Positions 14,236 through 26,788 of a stretch of 64,000 bases of DNA are shown piece after piece. The notes beneath the pieces are model-generated. The model was not told the origin of the DNA and did no database searches. It saw only the letters and a program-made list of their open reading frames with translations. Numbering within the stretch: position 1 is the first letter of the stretch; each line of letters starts with the position of its first letter. The translations under genes were made by a program, and so were the position numbers. Source of the DNA: the human T2T-CHM13v2.0 reference genome, Homo sapiens. The stretch lies in assembly GCF_009914755.1 (NCBI RefSeq), contig NC_060930.1; one strand, 5' to 3'.

Positions 14236-14955
14236 CTTTGTATCACATCAACAACAGGAACAACATGTTAACACAAATAGCCACGATTTCATAGTCATGA
14301 GTCTATGGTATTGTTAAATCTACTACTATTGCTGCTTTTTGGGGAGAGAAGAAACATTAAAAACATAACATTCATTTTAAACCAGTATCATGTCTGGCTT
14401 TGAAATTATAACTCTGATGTGAGCTGAAATTGGTTTATAATGAGAAAAAATGTTGACAGGTATATCTGTATGTCTACTTCTGAGATTATGACATGTAACT
14501 TAATTTTTGTTTTCAATACATTTTTAAGGTGTTACTAAAAATCTAGGGGTAGGAAATCACTTGCTTCTGTAAGAGATAAGTGGTAAACTAAAAATTGTAG
14601 GTAGATAATTCAAAATTCATTAGTCAAAATAAACTGTATCAGAAGTCACACAACAATGCCATGTTATCTATTAAAAAAAATCAGGTGAAATAAACTGAAC
14701 ACCTGGAATTTTCCACAATACATTTTAGAGGAAAACAGCATGATTGCTAATTTGTACTCATGTAGGTCAGATAAAACAAAAATATTTGTATAGCTTTAAT
14801 ATGGTGTCTACGAATCTAATCTTTAAGAGTTAAAACATGCAAGAGAATATTCAAATATCTGGTAGAAATCCAACAAGGACAACAAAAAAAGGCCAAAATA
14901 GTCATCAGAACCAAAATACCCCAGGAAAAGCAAAACCAGAAACACCAAAATATAC

Positions 14956-15055
14956 CTTTCGTTGCTTTGCGGTGTGCATCTTTGGCTACGTAATAAATTT
15001 CTTCATCTGTGACATCCAGCAGAATTTCTGTTAGAAGCATTTTTGTCAGCAACAT
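14956..15055 (-). CDS. PNISR: PNISR exon 9
   Basis: 100 nt; TTTTTTTTAG| acceptor; MLLTKMLLTEILLDVTDEEIYYVAKDAHRKATK; donor AAG|GTATAT. Confidence 0.94.
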
Positions 15056-15141
15056 CTAAAAAAGAGCATTTTATACAGTATTTCTAATTATTATAGCTAC
15101 TAATAGTGTGACATCTTCAAAAATATTAAAATGCAAAGCCA

Positions 15142-15431
15142 TTTTTTTTTTCAGACAGTCTCACTCTGTTGCCCAGGCTGGATCATACTGGCGTGATATT
15201 GGCTCACTGCAACCCCTACCTCCTGGGTTCAAGTGATTCTCTTGCCTCAGTCTCCCAAGTGGCTGGAACTACAGGCGTGCACCACCACACCCAGCTAATT
15301 TTTGTATTTTCAGTAGAGATGGGGTTTCACCATGTTGGCCAGGCTTGTCTTAAACTCCTGATCTCAAGTGATCTGCCTGCCTTGGCCTCCCAAAGCACTG
15401 GGATTACAGGCGTGAGCCACCGTGCCCAGCC
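15142..15431 (-). mobile_element. AluS
   Basis: Alu consensus. Confidence 0.9.
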
Positions 15432-15516
15432 ACAAAACCATTTTATAAAATATTTTTAGACATCAGAGCAGCCATTTCAAGGAATAAAGTATCTTGAACA
15501 TTTTTCTGTAACATCA

Positions 15517-16195
<679 letters not shown>

Positions 16196-16383
16196 AATCA
16201 AAATATTTAAAAAAGTCCCTATTAATAAAGGTTTCTATAATTGTTTTAAGTTAAAAGGAGTATCTCTTCAATTAATAATACTGGTCAGCAGTTCTAGTTT
16301 CTGTTTTTTCCTCTAATATTGTCTCCAAAAAAAATTGCAAACAAAATAAATCCATGTACATAGTAAGAACTTTAACATTCTAC

Positions 16384-16521
16384 CATTTGATACTCTTTCT
16401 CCTCTTCAGTCATCTCAGGGTCACTGTGCTCTTCTTGAGGAACTGGGGATGGACTTCTGGTGACTTTCCCACTACTTGCAGCCTCAACATTTTCAGTGTC
16501 TTCTTCTTCCTCATCACTATC
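16384..16521 (-). CDS. PNISR: PNISR exon 8
   Basis: 138 nt; DSDEEEEDTENVEAASSGKVTRSPSPVPQEEHSDPEMTEEEKEYQM; GT-AG boundaries. Confidence 0.93.
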
Positions 16522-17390
16522 CTATAAAAAACAATAGTATGGTAGTCCAAATTCATGTGTATAATGTAAAATCCTTATCTTACATACAGAAAATCTTAAA
16601 CCCCAAATTAAAAAGTCTATGAAACAGAAATATGAGTGAAACTGCTATCTAAATTACATTTACTACAGATTTCATTTGATAATTTAAAAAGTATAACCTG
16701 GGAAAAATGTAAGATTACAAGAAGGCTTAGGAAAATAAATTGTTTTTTCAATTTTACTTTTCCCTTAGTCAATTTTAACCTTATTTTATAAATACCCAGA
16801 AAAACATAATGCCCAGAGACTGATTTAATTACTATCTATTACATATAATGGGCCTGAAATGAGACACTTATAGAACTTTGGATAAATGGACCATAGACAT
16901 ATTATTCAGTATAACTTTTACAGCTATATATTTAAGCTATTTACCTAAAGTTGCACGACTTAAAATGAAAAATCTCTAATCAGATTTTTCAGGGCCAAGA
17001 TCTCAGCTGGCCCTGAAACTCAGTAAAACATGCTTCTTTTTAGCTCATAATAAAAAGATAAAAATGAGGTCTACTTCAGATTAAACAAATGCCAGCAGTT
17101 TGTCTCCTGTCTTTGTATGGTTTTAGGTTTCAGGATCCAGATTGCATGTGACCCTTTCCTTTGTCAGAGAAGTGTCCCCTAGTCACTTTTAATAATCCCA
17201 CTAAGTAAAAGACAAGATGACCACCTAAATACTACTGTGGAAAGACTACCTGAACCAGGGGAAAAATATATGTAACACAATCCCACAGGCATTTGGGAGA
17301 AAAGAGGAAGGAAAATTTCCAAACAATTTTTGATGCTTAAAAAAAATTTGGAACACCACTATTTCATGTAAAGATTTTTTTTAAAAAAAG

Positions 17391-17706
17391 ACTGGACAGA
17401 GTGGCTAATGTCTGTAATCCCAGCACTTTGGGGGGCCGAGGTGGGAGAATCATTTGAAGCCAGGAGTTCAAGACCAGCCTGGGCAACACGGTGAAACCCC
17501 GTCTCTACAAAAAATACAAAAATTAGGTGGGAGTCGTGGTGTGCGCCTGTAGCCCTAGCTACTTGGAAGGCTGAGGTGAGAGGATTGCTTGAGTCCAGGA
17601 GTTCAAGGCTACGCTGAGCTATGATTGTGCAACTGCACTCCAGCCTGGGCAACAGAGTGAGACCCTGATCCCCCAACTGCCTAAAAAGACAAAAAAAAAA
17701 AAAAAA
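17391..17706 (+). mobile_element. AluJ
   Basis: Diverged Alu with poly-A. Confidence 0.88.
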
Positions 17707-18433
17707 GAGTAACCTTTAGCAGTGTCTTTCTGTTGCTTCTTATTTTTGTTATTTAACATCTAGAATAAAAACACAGATTTTGCATAGATCTTTTGGGAAA
17801 AATAAAAGTAATTTATGGAATTGAAGCAAAACTAATACCTGCCAAAATCTAGTTATTTTGCTCTTCTTGAGACTTATTTCTAAAGCAGAAAATGGCCGTG
17901 CAAGACAGACAAATTTCCTGAGTTGCATACTGGCCAGTGCTGTGGCTATCATACCTGCTGAATAAAAAAGTTCCTAAACCACTCAAGCCATCTAACTGAG
18001 GAAGATTTGAAGACTTAAAATGTTGTTATACTTCCAGTGCTCACGTCAAAAACAATCAAAATTATTACATCCTCAGGTATATGTTTAAATGTTCAAAAGA
18101 GGGAGATTTTATTTCTCTATTACTATTTTAATGTAGCTTTGTTTTATAATCTATCACCAGGGAGTCATCTGTACCACAATGAATGAATACAGATTGTTTA
18201 TCAAGATCTAGCCAGCTCTCTGGAATGAAGTGTTTATAAACTTGTTGTCCCATTTTCTCCTTACTGTATCTTCAGTAACACATATATAAAATCAGAATCC
18301 TCAATATACTTAATGAACGTAATCTTAGGAACATCACTCTAATACTTTCCTATAGGCTAAAATATCTATTTCAGTAAAGTTTTCACACAACCAAGATTTT
18401 CACATGGAGTTTCATGTTGGGGATTCTACTTAC

Positions 18434-18624
18434 AAATTTACTTCTCTGAGGTAAACGAGGGCCATCCCCTCCTTCAGCATCTTCTGTGGCCTTTTTTTCT
18501 TTTTTGGACAATTGTGAACGTTGTTGTTCCATTCTTTCTTTCTCCAATTTCTTCTGCTTTTCACGTTCCATTTTTTCAAGACCTTCGCGAATCCAAGCGG
18601 GAAGAGTCCTGCGTTTTACTGCGT
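18434..18624 (-). CDS. PNISR: PNISR exon 7
   Basis: 191 nt; DAVKRRTLPAWIREGLEKMEREKQKK...PQRSKF; donor TTT|GTAAGT. Confidence 0.94.
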
Positions 18625-18749
18625 CTGTTTCACGTGGGAAAAATATACGCAAGTCAGTTAAGTAAAATATTTCTACAAACTTGTGAGTAAATTTAAAAAA
18701 TATCCCATTAAATATCATGCCTTTCTTCAATGCCATCACTTTTAGTAAC

Positions 18750-18920
18750 AGCAGGGACCACTGCTCTAGTGCTTACAATCTGCCAGGACACAATGAAAGC
18801 ATGTTAAACCATCATCTAATTTAATCCTTACAAAAGCCCTCAGAGATCACTACTATTACTCCACTTTTTTCCACAGGTGAGGAAACTGAGACTCGAAAAA
18901 ATTAAGTGATTTGCTAGTAA
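18750..18920 (-). mobile_element. MIR
   Basis: Core ACAGGTGAGGAAACTGAGACTC...TTAAGTGATTTGC. Confidence 0.7.
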
Positions 18921-19525
18921 GTTAAAAAAGGAGTAAAGTTAGAATCTTCCTAAAATGTAAAAAGTAAAGATTTATTAACAAATGCTCCTGTCCATTAAAT
19001 ACTGAACAATTTAGAACTTTCCAGATATAAAGTGGCATAAATATGTATTTGTCACTTGAAATAGGCTGGCTCTATAATGTTATTTAAAAAATTGAAATTT
19101 TCTGCCAAAATACTTAAGGGAAGTGAAATAACCAGAGGAAAATTAATCTGACAGCAGTGCATCAGATGAACTAAGAGTGGACAGAGATTGAACAATTAGA
19201 TTTAAAAGGAGAAGGGCTCATATATCTGTATAATGTACTGAAATGCCTACACTGAAGAAAATACCAACATGCTATGGCTAGCATAAATTTTCACTTCATC
19301 ACAAAATCTGGAATTTAATGTGAAGGTTTAAATAAAATTATTTAAACCTTTTAATTTCAGACCAGTATCATTTTTGTAATTTTAAGCTTTATGACCATAA
19401 AAAATAAAGTGTCAATTCCTAACACATCAGAGATACTCAAACAATTTTAAGAAAACAAGACATCCTTTTTATATGATAAAAAAGTCATGCCAATTGTGGT
19501 CCACTAAACTAAGTTAAATAGCTAC

Positions 19526-19697
19526 CAATTTGTGGAGGCTCCTGCTTCACAGGAAGTGCAATAGGTGAACGCTGACGATCCCTGAATGATGATGGCCTTT
19601 CTCTTCGATTCTGGGGAGGTGCTGGAGGTCCTGGAGGTCCTGGTTGCCAATAAGGAGGATGAAATCCACCTTGCGGTGGACCAAAAGCAGCCCCATG
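19526..19697 (-). CDS. PNISR: PNISR exon 6
   Basis: 172 nt; HGAAFGPPQGGFHPPYWQPGPPGPPAPPQNRRERP...; CTCTTTCAG| acceptor, TTG|GTAGCT donor. Confidence 0.93.
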
Positions 19698-21093
19698 CTG
19701 AAAGAGTATTGCAGTTTATTTTTTCTTCAAATTAATACAATATACTCTCTGGGACACACGTGTGTTATGAACTGGGACAGTAGAAATCCATGTGTGCAGC
19801 ACATCCAAGAATTCCATGGCTCTAATATCCACCGATACTTCTATGGTCCCAAGAACCTAGGCTTACTTGTCTTAAGATTTTCCGGCTATGTAAATGCAAA
19901 GAGGCTTCTAAAAGCCAGCTGATAAGCTACTTTCAAGAAGTATATGAAATTTTTCATTCTGAATCCATTTACAAGCTAATCCTACCAACACTAAGACATC
20001 AAATAGATACTAATTTCTCTTTAACTAGACATTTTTGTCAATTTCAACATCCTACTTACAGTGAACAAAAAGTGAACTAAACAACTTAAGCTGTTTCTAT
20101 AATCTTGCAGATATATTCATTTATAAGCAAAGATAGAAGTTAATGAATCATTAAATATTTTCTGCAATTTTGCTATTTTCAGAGGCTTTTCTAGGCCAGC
20201 TGCCAATACAGCTCTTTGTCTTGTTTACATGGGATCTACCATGCAAAAGTAGGGTAAGCAGATGCTCCCTGCCATTATATTTCTTCAAACAACATAAAAA
20301 CTGTTGTATCTGTATACCAAGTATACAAGTATCTGAATATTTATTAATGAGAGGATTACCATCTCAAGGTGAATACTAGATGTCCATTATCAAATCTACC
20401 CTAGAATTCATGAAATAATTCTTTCAAAATTTTAAATTATGATAGCAGTTTATAAGTTAATAATTGCAATCAGTTATTTCAAAATGACACCTAGCACTAT
20501 AATTTAAGGGTAGACCCTGGCAGAGGGAATGAAGTAAATAAAGCCCAACATACAACACTATTCCCCACAGAGTTCTATGTCCCTAGGAATGAATTGGATG
20601 CTACAGAGGAAATTATATACAATTCCATTAACATGTCATGTCAGAATGGAAAAAAAATGACACTAGAAAAACAGTCATAATTCTACATAGCACAAGGAAT
20701 TACACTTAGGAAAATGATCTATATTTTTTATTCATGTCTTAACCATGAGCTATATTCAATTACTGTGCATTCTCTAGTCTTTAACATTTAAATATACCAT
20801 TTTGAAATATAAATTAGAAAATAAAACATCATATAGCTATTGCACTTATACATTTTTAATTTTTTCAAAAGTTTTCCGTAATGATCTTTTATACCATTTT
20901 CCTAATGAAATAAAAAAATCAGAAAACAAATTCTAATTATTTTAATACTCAAAAATTGATAACTGAGACAGAATGTGCTTATTTATACAAGTCTGAAAAG
21001 TGAAACACGTATCTTAGGTATTCTTGATGAGACACTTCCAAAGAATGGATTACGTGCACATCTACAATATTAAAGCAACAAAATATCTTTCAC

Positions 21094-21317
21094 CTGATAG
21101 TCAAACTGGTTCACTGGCCCCACTGCAAAATTATCGGGTGGTCCACCAAAGTTGTGATTGTTCTGGTTAAATATATGCCTGTTGTCAGGGGCAAATTCCC
21201 CACTGTCCTGACTGTTGCTGTCTTCAGAAGGAGGAACAATGTCCATTGGGCCTGGTGTTGGTGGCATCCATGGCTGATCTGGAGGGGGGTGTGGGGGTTG
21301 CTGATGCATTCCCCATT
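21094..21317 (-). CDS. PNISR: PNISR exon 5 (Pro-rich)
   Basis: 224 nt; EWGMHQQPPHPPPDQPWMPPTPGP...NQFDYQ; donor CAG|GTGAAA. Confidence 0.94.
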
Positions 21318-21669
21318 CTATTTAAGATTTAGGCATAAAAACATTCAACAGGCGGTTATAACAAAATCAACACAGAATTTTAAGATCTCAAGAAAGATTT
21401 TTCAGTAAACATACAGATTTAAAAAACAACTTATGACTTCTTGGTCAAATTCCTTTTGTTTATCTTAAAAATAAGCAATGAACTAAACTGTCATATATAA
21501 TTCAAAATGAGCTAACTCCACTCTAATTCATATCCTAACCAAATGCCCAAAGTTATTTTTAACAAATGTAACAAAATCCAAAGCACTATTTTTGTTGAAT
21601 TTTTATATTTGTTTAGTAACAACACCACAAAAATAATACCTTGAGGTTTTATATAATTTCTTTCTTACA

Positions 21670-21790
21670 CGAACACATTTATCCTCACAACATCCCTGTG
21701 AGGTAGGGAGAAATTAGGTATTATTTTTGCCAATTTCGGGAGGGAAAATCGAGGCACACAGAGGTAAATCACTTGCCCAGGGTCACAAAG
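21670..21790 (-). mobile_element. MIR
   Basis: CCTCACAACATCCCTGTGAGGTAGG...GAGGCACACAGAGGTAAATCACTTGCCCAGGGTCAC. Confidence 0.7.
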
Positions 21791-21929
21791 TAGAGTAAAA
21801 CTAAGGGGTAGGGATGCCCGCGGGAGTCATTTAAGAACTTAAACTTAGGAACTAAAACATTTTCAAATGTGGGGAAATTTCACTTTCAAGAAAGCTAGAA
21901 ATGAACCACCTCACAGTATCAAAGACTAG

Positions 21930-22205
<276 letters not shown>

Positions 22206-22903
22206 TGAGGTCTCCATTCTTATAAGGAGAAACAAAAAGTATTAATAGGGAAAGGAGGTTATGACTTCACCATCAGCATACCCAAATGAGAGGCTGATTC
22301 CTCCATAGTTTCAAGTGACTATTAAAAAGGAATAACACAAGCCATGGAAGACTGAATTAGCATCAAGAAATCTACATCATACTGTGAAATAAAACAAACA
22401 AAAAAGTAAAACACACAAAAACTTATGAAAGATCTTCACTATCTGAAAAAAAAAAAGGGAAGAAAAAGGTAGGCGGATGGTAGGGGCAGAGTATATTTGA
22501 CAGACTAATTTGTCACACAGTGACACAATTTTTCTTTAATTAGAGGCTAGACATGTTTTACTCTGCCAGTGCTGCTTCTGAAAAGGCCAGAGGTTGCAAT
22601 AGAGAGACAAAGAATGCTCTCTTCCCTAGATGCCAAGTGAGGTTTCCAGAGTGTTCCCAGCCCCTGTCAGCCTAGGAATGAAGAACCAAGAAAAGAATCA
22701 AACTGAGTGCCACAAAGCTAGCAGAATGAGTACAGAATAATTTTAACCACAAAATGTCAAAGTCAAATCAAATTGAAAACTGCCTATTCTTTAAGAAGCA
22801 TTAATTTCCAGAAGTCATACAACTAAGCAAATTAAAAAATTTAATAATAATCTTCATTCTGTTTTTTAAAAGTCTTAAAATTGTGAAAACATAAACAACA
22901 AAC

Positions 22904-23092
22904 CTGGTTGCCACATTCTGTTGAAGTTTGAATCCCCTTGGAAATTCCCATGATTGTTTGGACCAGATTCCATTGTAGACATATCTTGTCCATTTGGCAT
23001 CATTCCTGGTGGTTGTTCTACCATGCTTTGCTGTCCTGAAGCTTCTCTTTGGGCAATCCAAGCTTGGGCCAATGCAGCCCAATCAATCTGGC
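22904..23092 (-). CDS. PNISR: PNISR exon 4
   Basis: 189 nt; QIDWAALAQAWIAQREASGQQ...FNRMWQP; donor CAG|GTTTGT. Confidence 0.94.
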
Positions 23093-23741
23093 CTAACGTA
23101 AATTAACACTGACTTCAGCATTCAGAATGTAGGAGTTAAAAGAATAGTGCCTCTATGTAAAATAAGCAGCTCAACTATTCCTTAGATCTTAAATATTTCA
23201 GACAGAGAGGGTATGAGGGAAATCAGAAAAATTTTTTTTGAATGAGATCTTAAATATTAAAGCATACTGTGTCTGAAAGGGTACTTAGCAAATAACCCAT
23301 ATTCAGGCTAAAAAATAATATAAACTACTTACACTTTCAGGAAAGAACTCCACAAAAAACACTCTTAACCCATTTCTAATATTAATTCATATAAAATTTA
23401 TCCCCTGCATCTTAGTTTACTGAATTTTTAAATGTCATCACCTTTACAAAAAAAAATCACCACAAAAATAATCAAACGCTATCATTTCTTCCTTCAACAT
23501 GTCCTATTTATCTTTCCAGGCCTGCATTCGAGCCTATAGGCCTTTGATGAGAGCAGCTACCTAACTCTGTTTTTCCTTATGGTTGCCCTTCTTTAAATAA
23601 GGCTCCCTTCTCTAGCCAAAACATGACTAGTGTAGTCTGGCTACAACTTCTTAGCCAGTCTTTACTCAAAATTCATTTCCCCACTATCTTGAAGACTCTC
23701 TTCCCAAGATACATTTTTTTAATTTCTAAATTTTTACGTAT

Positions 23742-23820
23742 CTATCCATCCATCCATCCATCCATCCATCCATCCATCCATCCATCCATCCATTCATCCA
23801 TGATCCATCCATCCATCCAT
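23742..23820. repeat. (TCCA)n tetranucleotide microsatellite
   Basis: Imperfect TCCA array, followed by an Alu left-arm fragment at 23838-23981 (minus). Confidence 0.9.
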
Positions 23821-24931
23821 GTAGAGTCTGGGTTATGAGCCTGGCTAATTTTTGCATTTTTGGTAGCGATGGGGTTTCATCATGTTGCCCCGGCTGGCCT
23901 CAAACTCCTGAGCTCAAGCGATTTGCCCACCTCAGCTTCCCAAAGTGCTAGAACTACAGGCATGAACCACCGCACCTGGCCTCTCTTCCCAAGCATCTAC
24001 ATTTAACATTTCAAGATCTTTTTAATAATTTTTATTTTGCAAGTCCACCCAAAAATGCATTAAGATCTAATATTAATAAAGTAAACAAAGTAGAATAAGA
24101 TATGTTTTTCTGCATCTTACTTTAATGAAGATTAAATAGGTATTCTCATACAGTTTGAAACACTGGCATAACCCCTATGGGGTTACACATGGCAATGTGC
24201 ACCTGAAATTACCGTGACTTAACAAACCTAGCTCTTTTAATAAGAAAATAATTGGACAAGTGAATAACAATATGTACACAAGATTATGCTAATTGTTTCA
24301 AAAAGTGAAAAACTTTAAATAACAAAACACCCAAAAGTGGCTTTGTTAAATTATGGTACAATCCTACAATAGAATGATACATGGCTATTAAAAAAAGAAA
24401 TAGCATCAGATCAATCCAGTGAGGGCAGAGCAATATAAGTGGTCTTACGGATGAAACAAAATTGGCCACTAGTTAACAATTGTTAAAGCTAAATAATAAA
24501 CAAGGGCTCCCTATACTCTTCTACCTTTGTATGTGTGCCTGAAATAGTCCACAGCAAAAAGAAATTTTAAAATGATATAGCACACCATCCAGTTCAATAT
24601 AATATACAACTTTAAGAGTCAGAATTCACAGAAGTGTTCTCCATAAGCAACATATTTTAGGCTTTTCTCTTTCTTTAGAAAAACAAGGACTAAATCAATT
24701 TAAAAAATGTAAAATCTTCAAAAAGCTTTCTACATTTTGAGAGTCTTCCAAAGGGAAGTCCATTTCCTGCTATATATGCTATGGCAAGGCTATTTATGAG
24801 AAGATTAAATTCTGACCATAAAATGATCCAGTACACCAATCTCAATTCCATATCCCTTAATCCCATCATGTGTCTTCTACCCATTTCCACATATCCAACC
24901 CCGCCCTTTCAAATTCAATTTGTTTCCTTAC

Positions 24932-25019
24932 TTGGATCCTGTTGGTGCTGGAATGACTGCATCCATTGTTGCTGGTTCAAGGGCCACTGCTGCCAAGGCT
25001 GTCCTCCTTGATCCCACAT
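24932..25019 (-). CDS. PNISR: PNISR first coding exon (exon 3 spans 24932-25050)
   Basis: ATG at 25019-25017; MWDQGGQPWQQWPLNQQQWMQSFQHQQDP; donor CAA|GTAAGG; acceptor at 25051. Confidence 0.94.
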
Positions 25020-26708
25020 CCCTTCTTTTAAAATATACTTGATTTTCTATCTTCAATAAATTAAACATAGTTTAAAAATTATAGTGAGTTATTTAATCTT
25101 AAAACCTCACATCAGAAATTATTATATGATGATACATTTATTTCATCAGAGGTCTAAAATTCTTGTCAATAGCTTGCCAGAGGCAACTAGAATTTTTAGG
25201 GTACCAAACGAGGTAGAAAATTTTATGTTAATGCTGGTCTCAGAATTTGGTGGCAAGCATAACACAATGAATTTAGCTCAAAAAAGACTTTAAAAAAAAC
25301 TCTATTTTTTGTACAATATAAATTTCTGGATATGTAATTATTTTGAAGATTGTAGGAAAAAAGTGATTTCATTTCTCCCCAATCAAGATTCCTTTAAGAT
25401 AGTAACCAAATAGCTTCAGCAGATGAAGAAAAATTTTTCCTTATAAATAATTACAGCTAAAAAAATGAAGAATGTAGAACAGAATTAGAAAACTATCATA
25501 TTGCCAAAAGTAATAAAATATTAATTCAGGAAACCTTACAAGAAAAGTTGATGAGAAATCAGAAATTCAAAGGTTGCCAAAATATCACCCCTACAGATTA
25601 TTAGGTGTCTACTATGCTCCCAGAATCACTAAGAATTCTCATCAAAAATGTTTAACTGAGTCCAACTGAGCTTTTGGATTTTACTTCCAATATAAAGCAA
25701 TTTTAAAGGATAAAGAAATGAGATAAACGGTATTAAATCCAGAAAGTAAGACAGCCTCCAAGACCTGGTTTCTTAACATATAAATAGCATGGAAAAGATG
25801 GGAGGGAAGGTACTTTATGTTAATAACTATTAATTTAGGAGATGGTATGGGGGGGAATCATCACACTAGCCCAACTTTTCTGTAAGCTAGTCTGAAAACA
25901 TTCCTAATAAAAGGTTTAAAAGTCTTACAAGTCTAATATCTTTGTACTTTATTCCAACACTGATACACAACCCTGTTCAAGAACCAGTGACTCACATAAC
26001 CAGGGCATGGTTTCTTCTTTATTTTTGTATCCCAAGGCTTAGTTCATAGCAGGCATTTAATAAATGTTTACTAAATGAATCCTTCTAGATTGATCCTTTC
26101 CTGTATGCTAAAAACAAGATAAAAGCAAGCCTTTGTATTGCAGGATCACAAAAAGTAGGCAAGTTGGATAACAAAAAAAATAGAGATATTAACTCTAATA
26201 GGACAATTGGCGATTACAATTCAGGCTTTTAAAGGTTTCCAACTCCAGTCTTCGCAGCATTCCCAGAATGCCATACAGGTATAGTTCTATCTGCGGCAGA
26301 TACTAATCCCTCAAATGAAGAACACTGTGAATTATGGGAGGTGTATTTCTTTGTCACCTTGATTTACTTATGAGTCAAATGTACCTGTCTTCAAGTTACA
26401 CTAATGTAATCAATTACAATGACATTATTAGAATATGGCAAAATAGGCACTACATAGCACAAATGAGGCCAACAACTGGTTTGGGTATCAGTTCCAAGTT
26501 AAATATATTTTTTTCTAACCTCTGTTCAGTGTTTCCTTCTTCCTCCCCTTTTTGTCCTGTCCAGTTTCCCAAGTACGCCTTTAGACTCCTTTAAGGCTAA
26601 ATAGGTTATCAGAGCCCTTGAAAAGTAACTTCGCTTACAACTTTAATTAAGAGTTAACAAATAAATAGGAAACACCAAGAAGACACACCAACTGCTATTT
26701 AAACTGAC

Positions 26709-26788
26709 CTCAGAGGTTCACCTTCTGTTTAAAACTTAGGTTGATTCAGACTACAGCTTCGAAGCATAGCAGCAAGATTATGTATGCC
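26709..26788 (-). other. PNISR: PNISR non-coding exon 2 (80 nt, 5'UTR)
   Basis: Strong acceptor CTTTTTTTTCCCCCTAG| and donor GAG|GTCAGT; contains a uORF. Confidence 0.8.

Noticed and set aside
20170-20260. Plus-strand exon-like segment (TTTTCAG ... AGG|GTAAGC) antisense within PNISR
   Set aside because: Isolated splice-like motifs with no visible promoter or partner exon; expected by chance.
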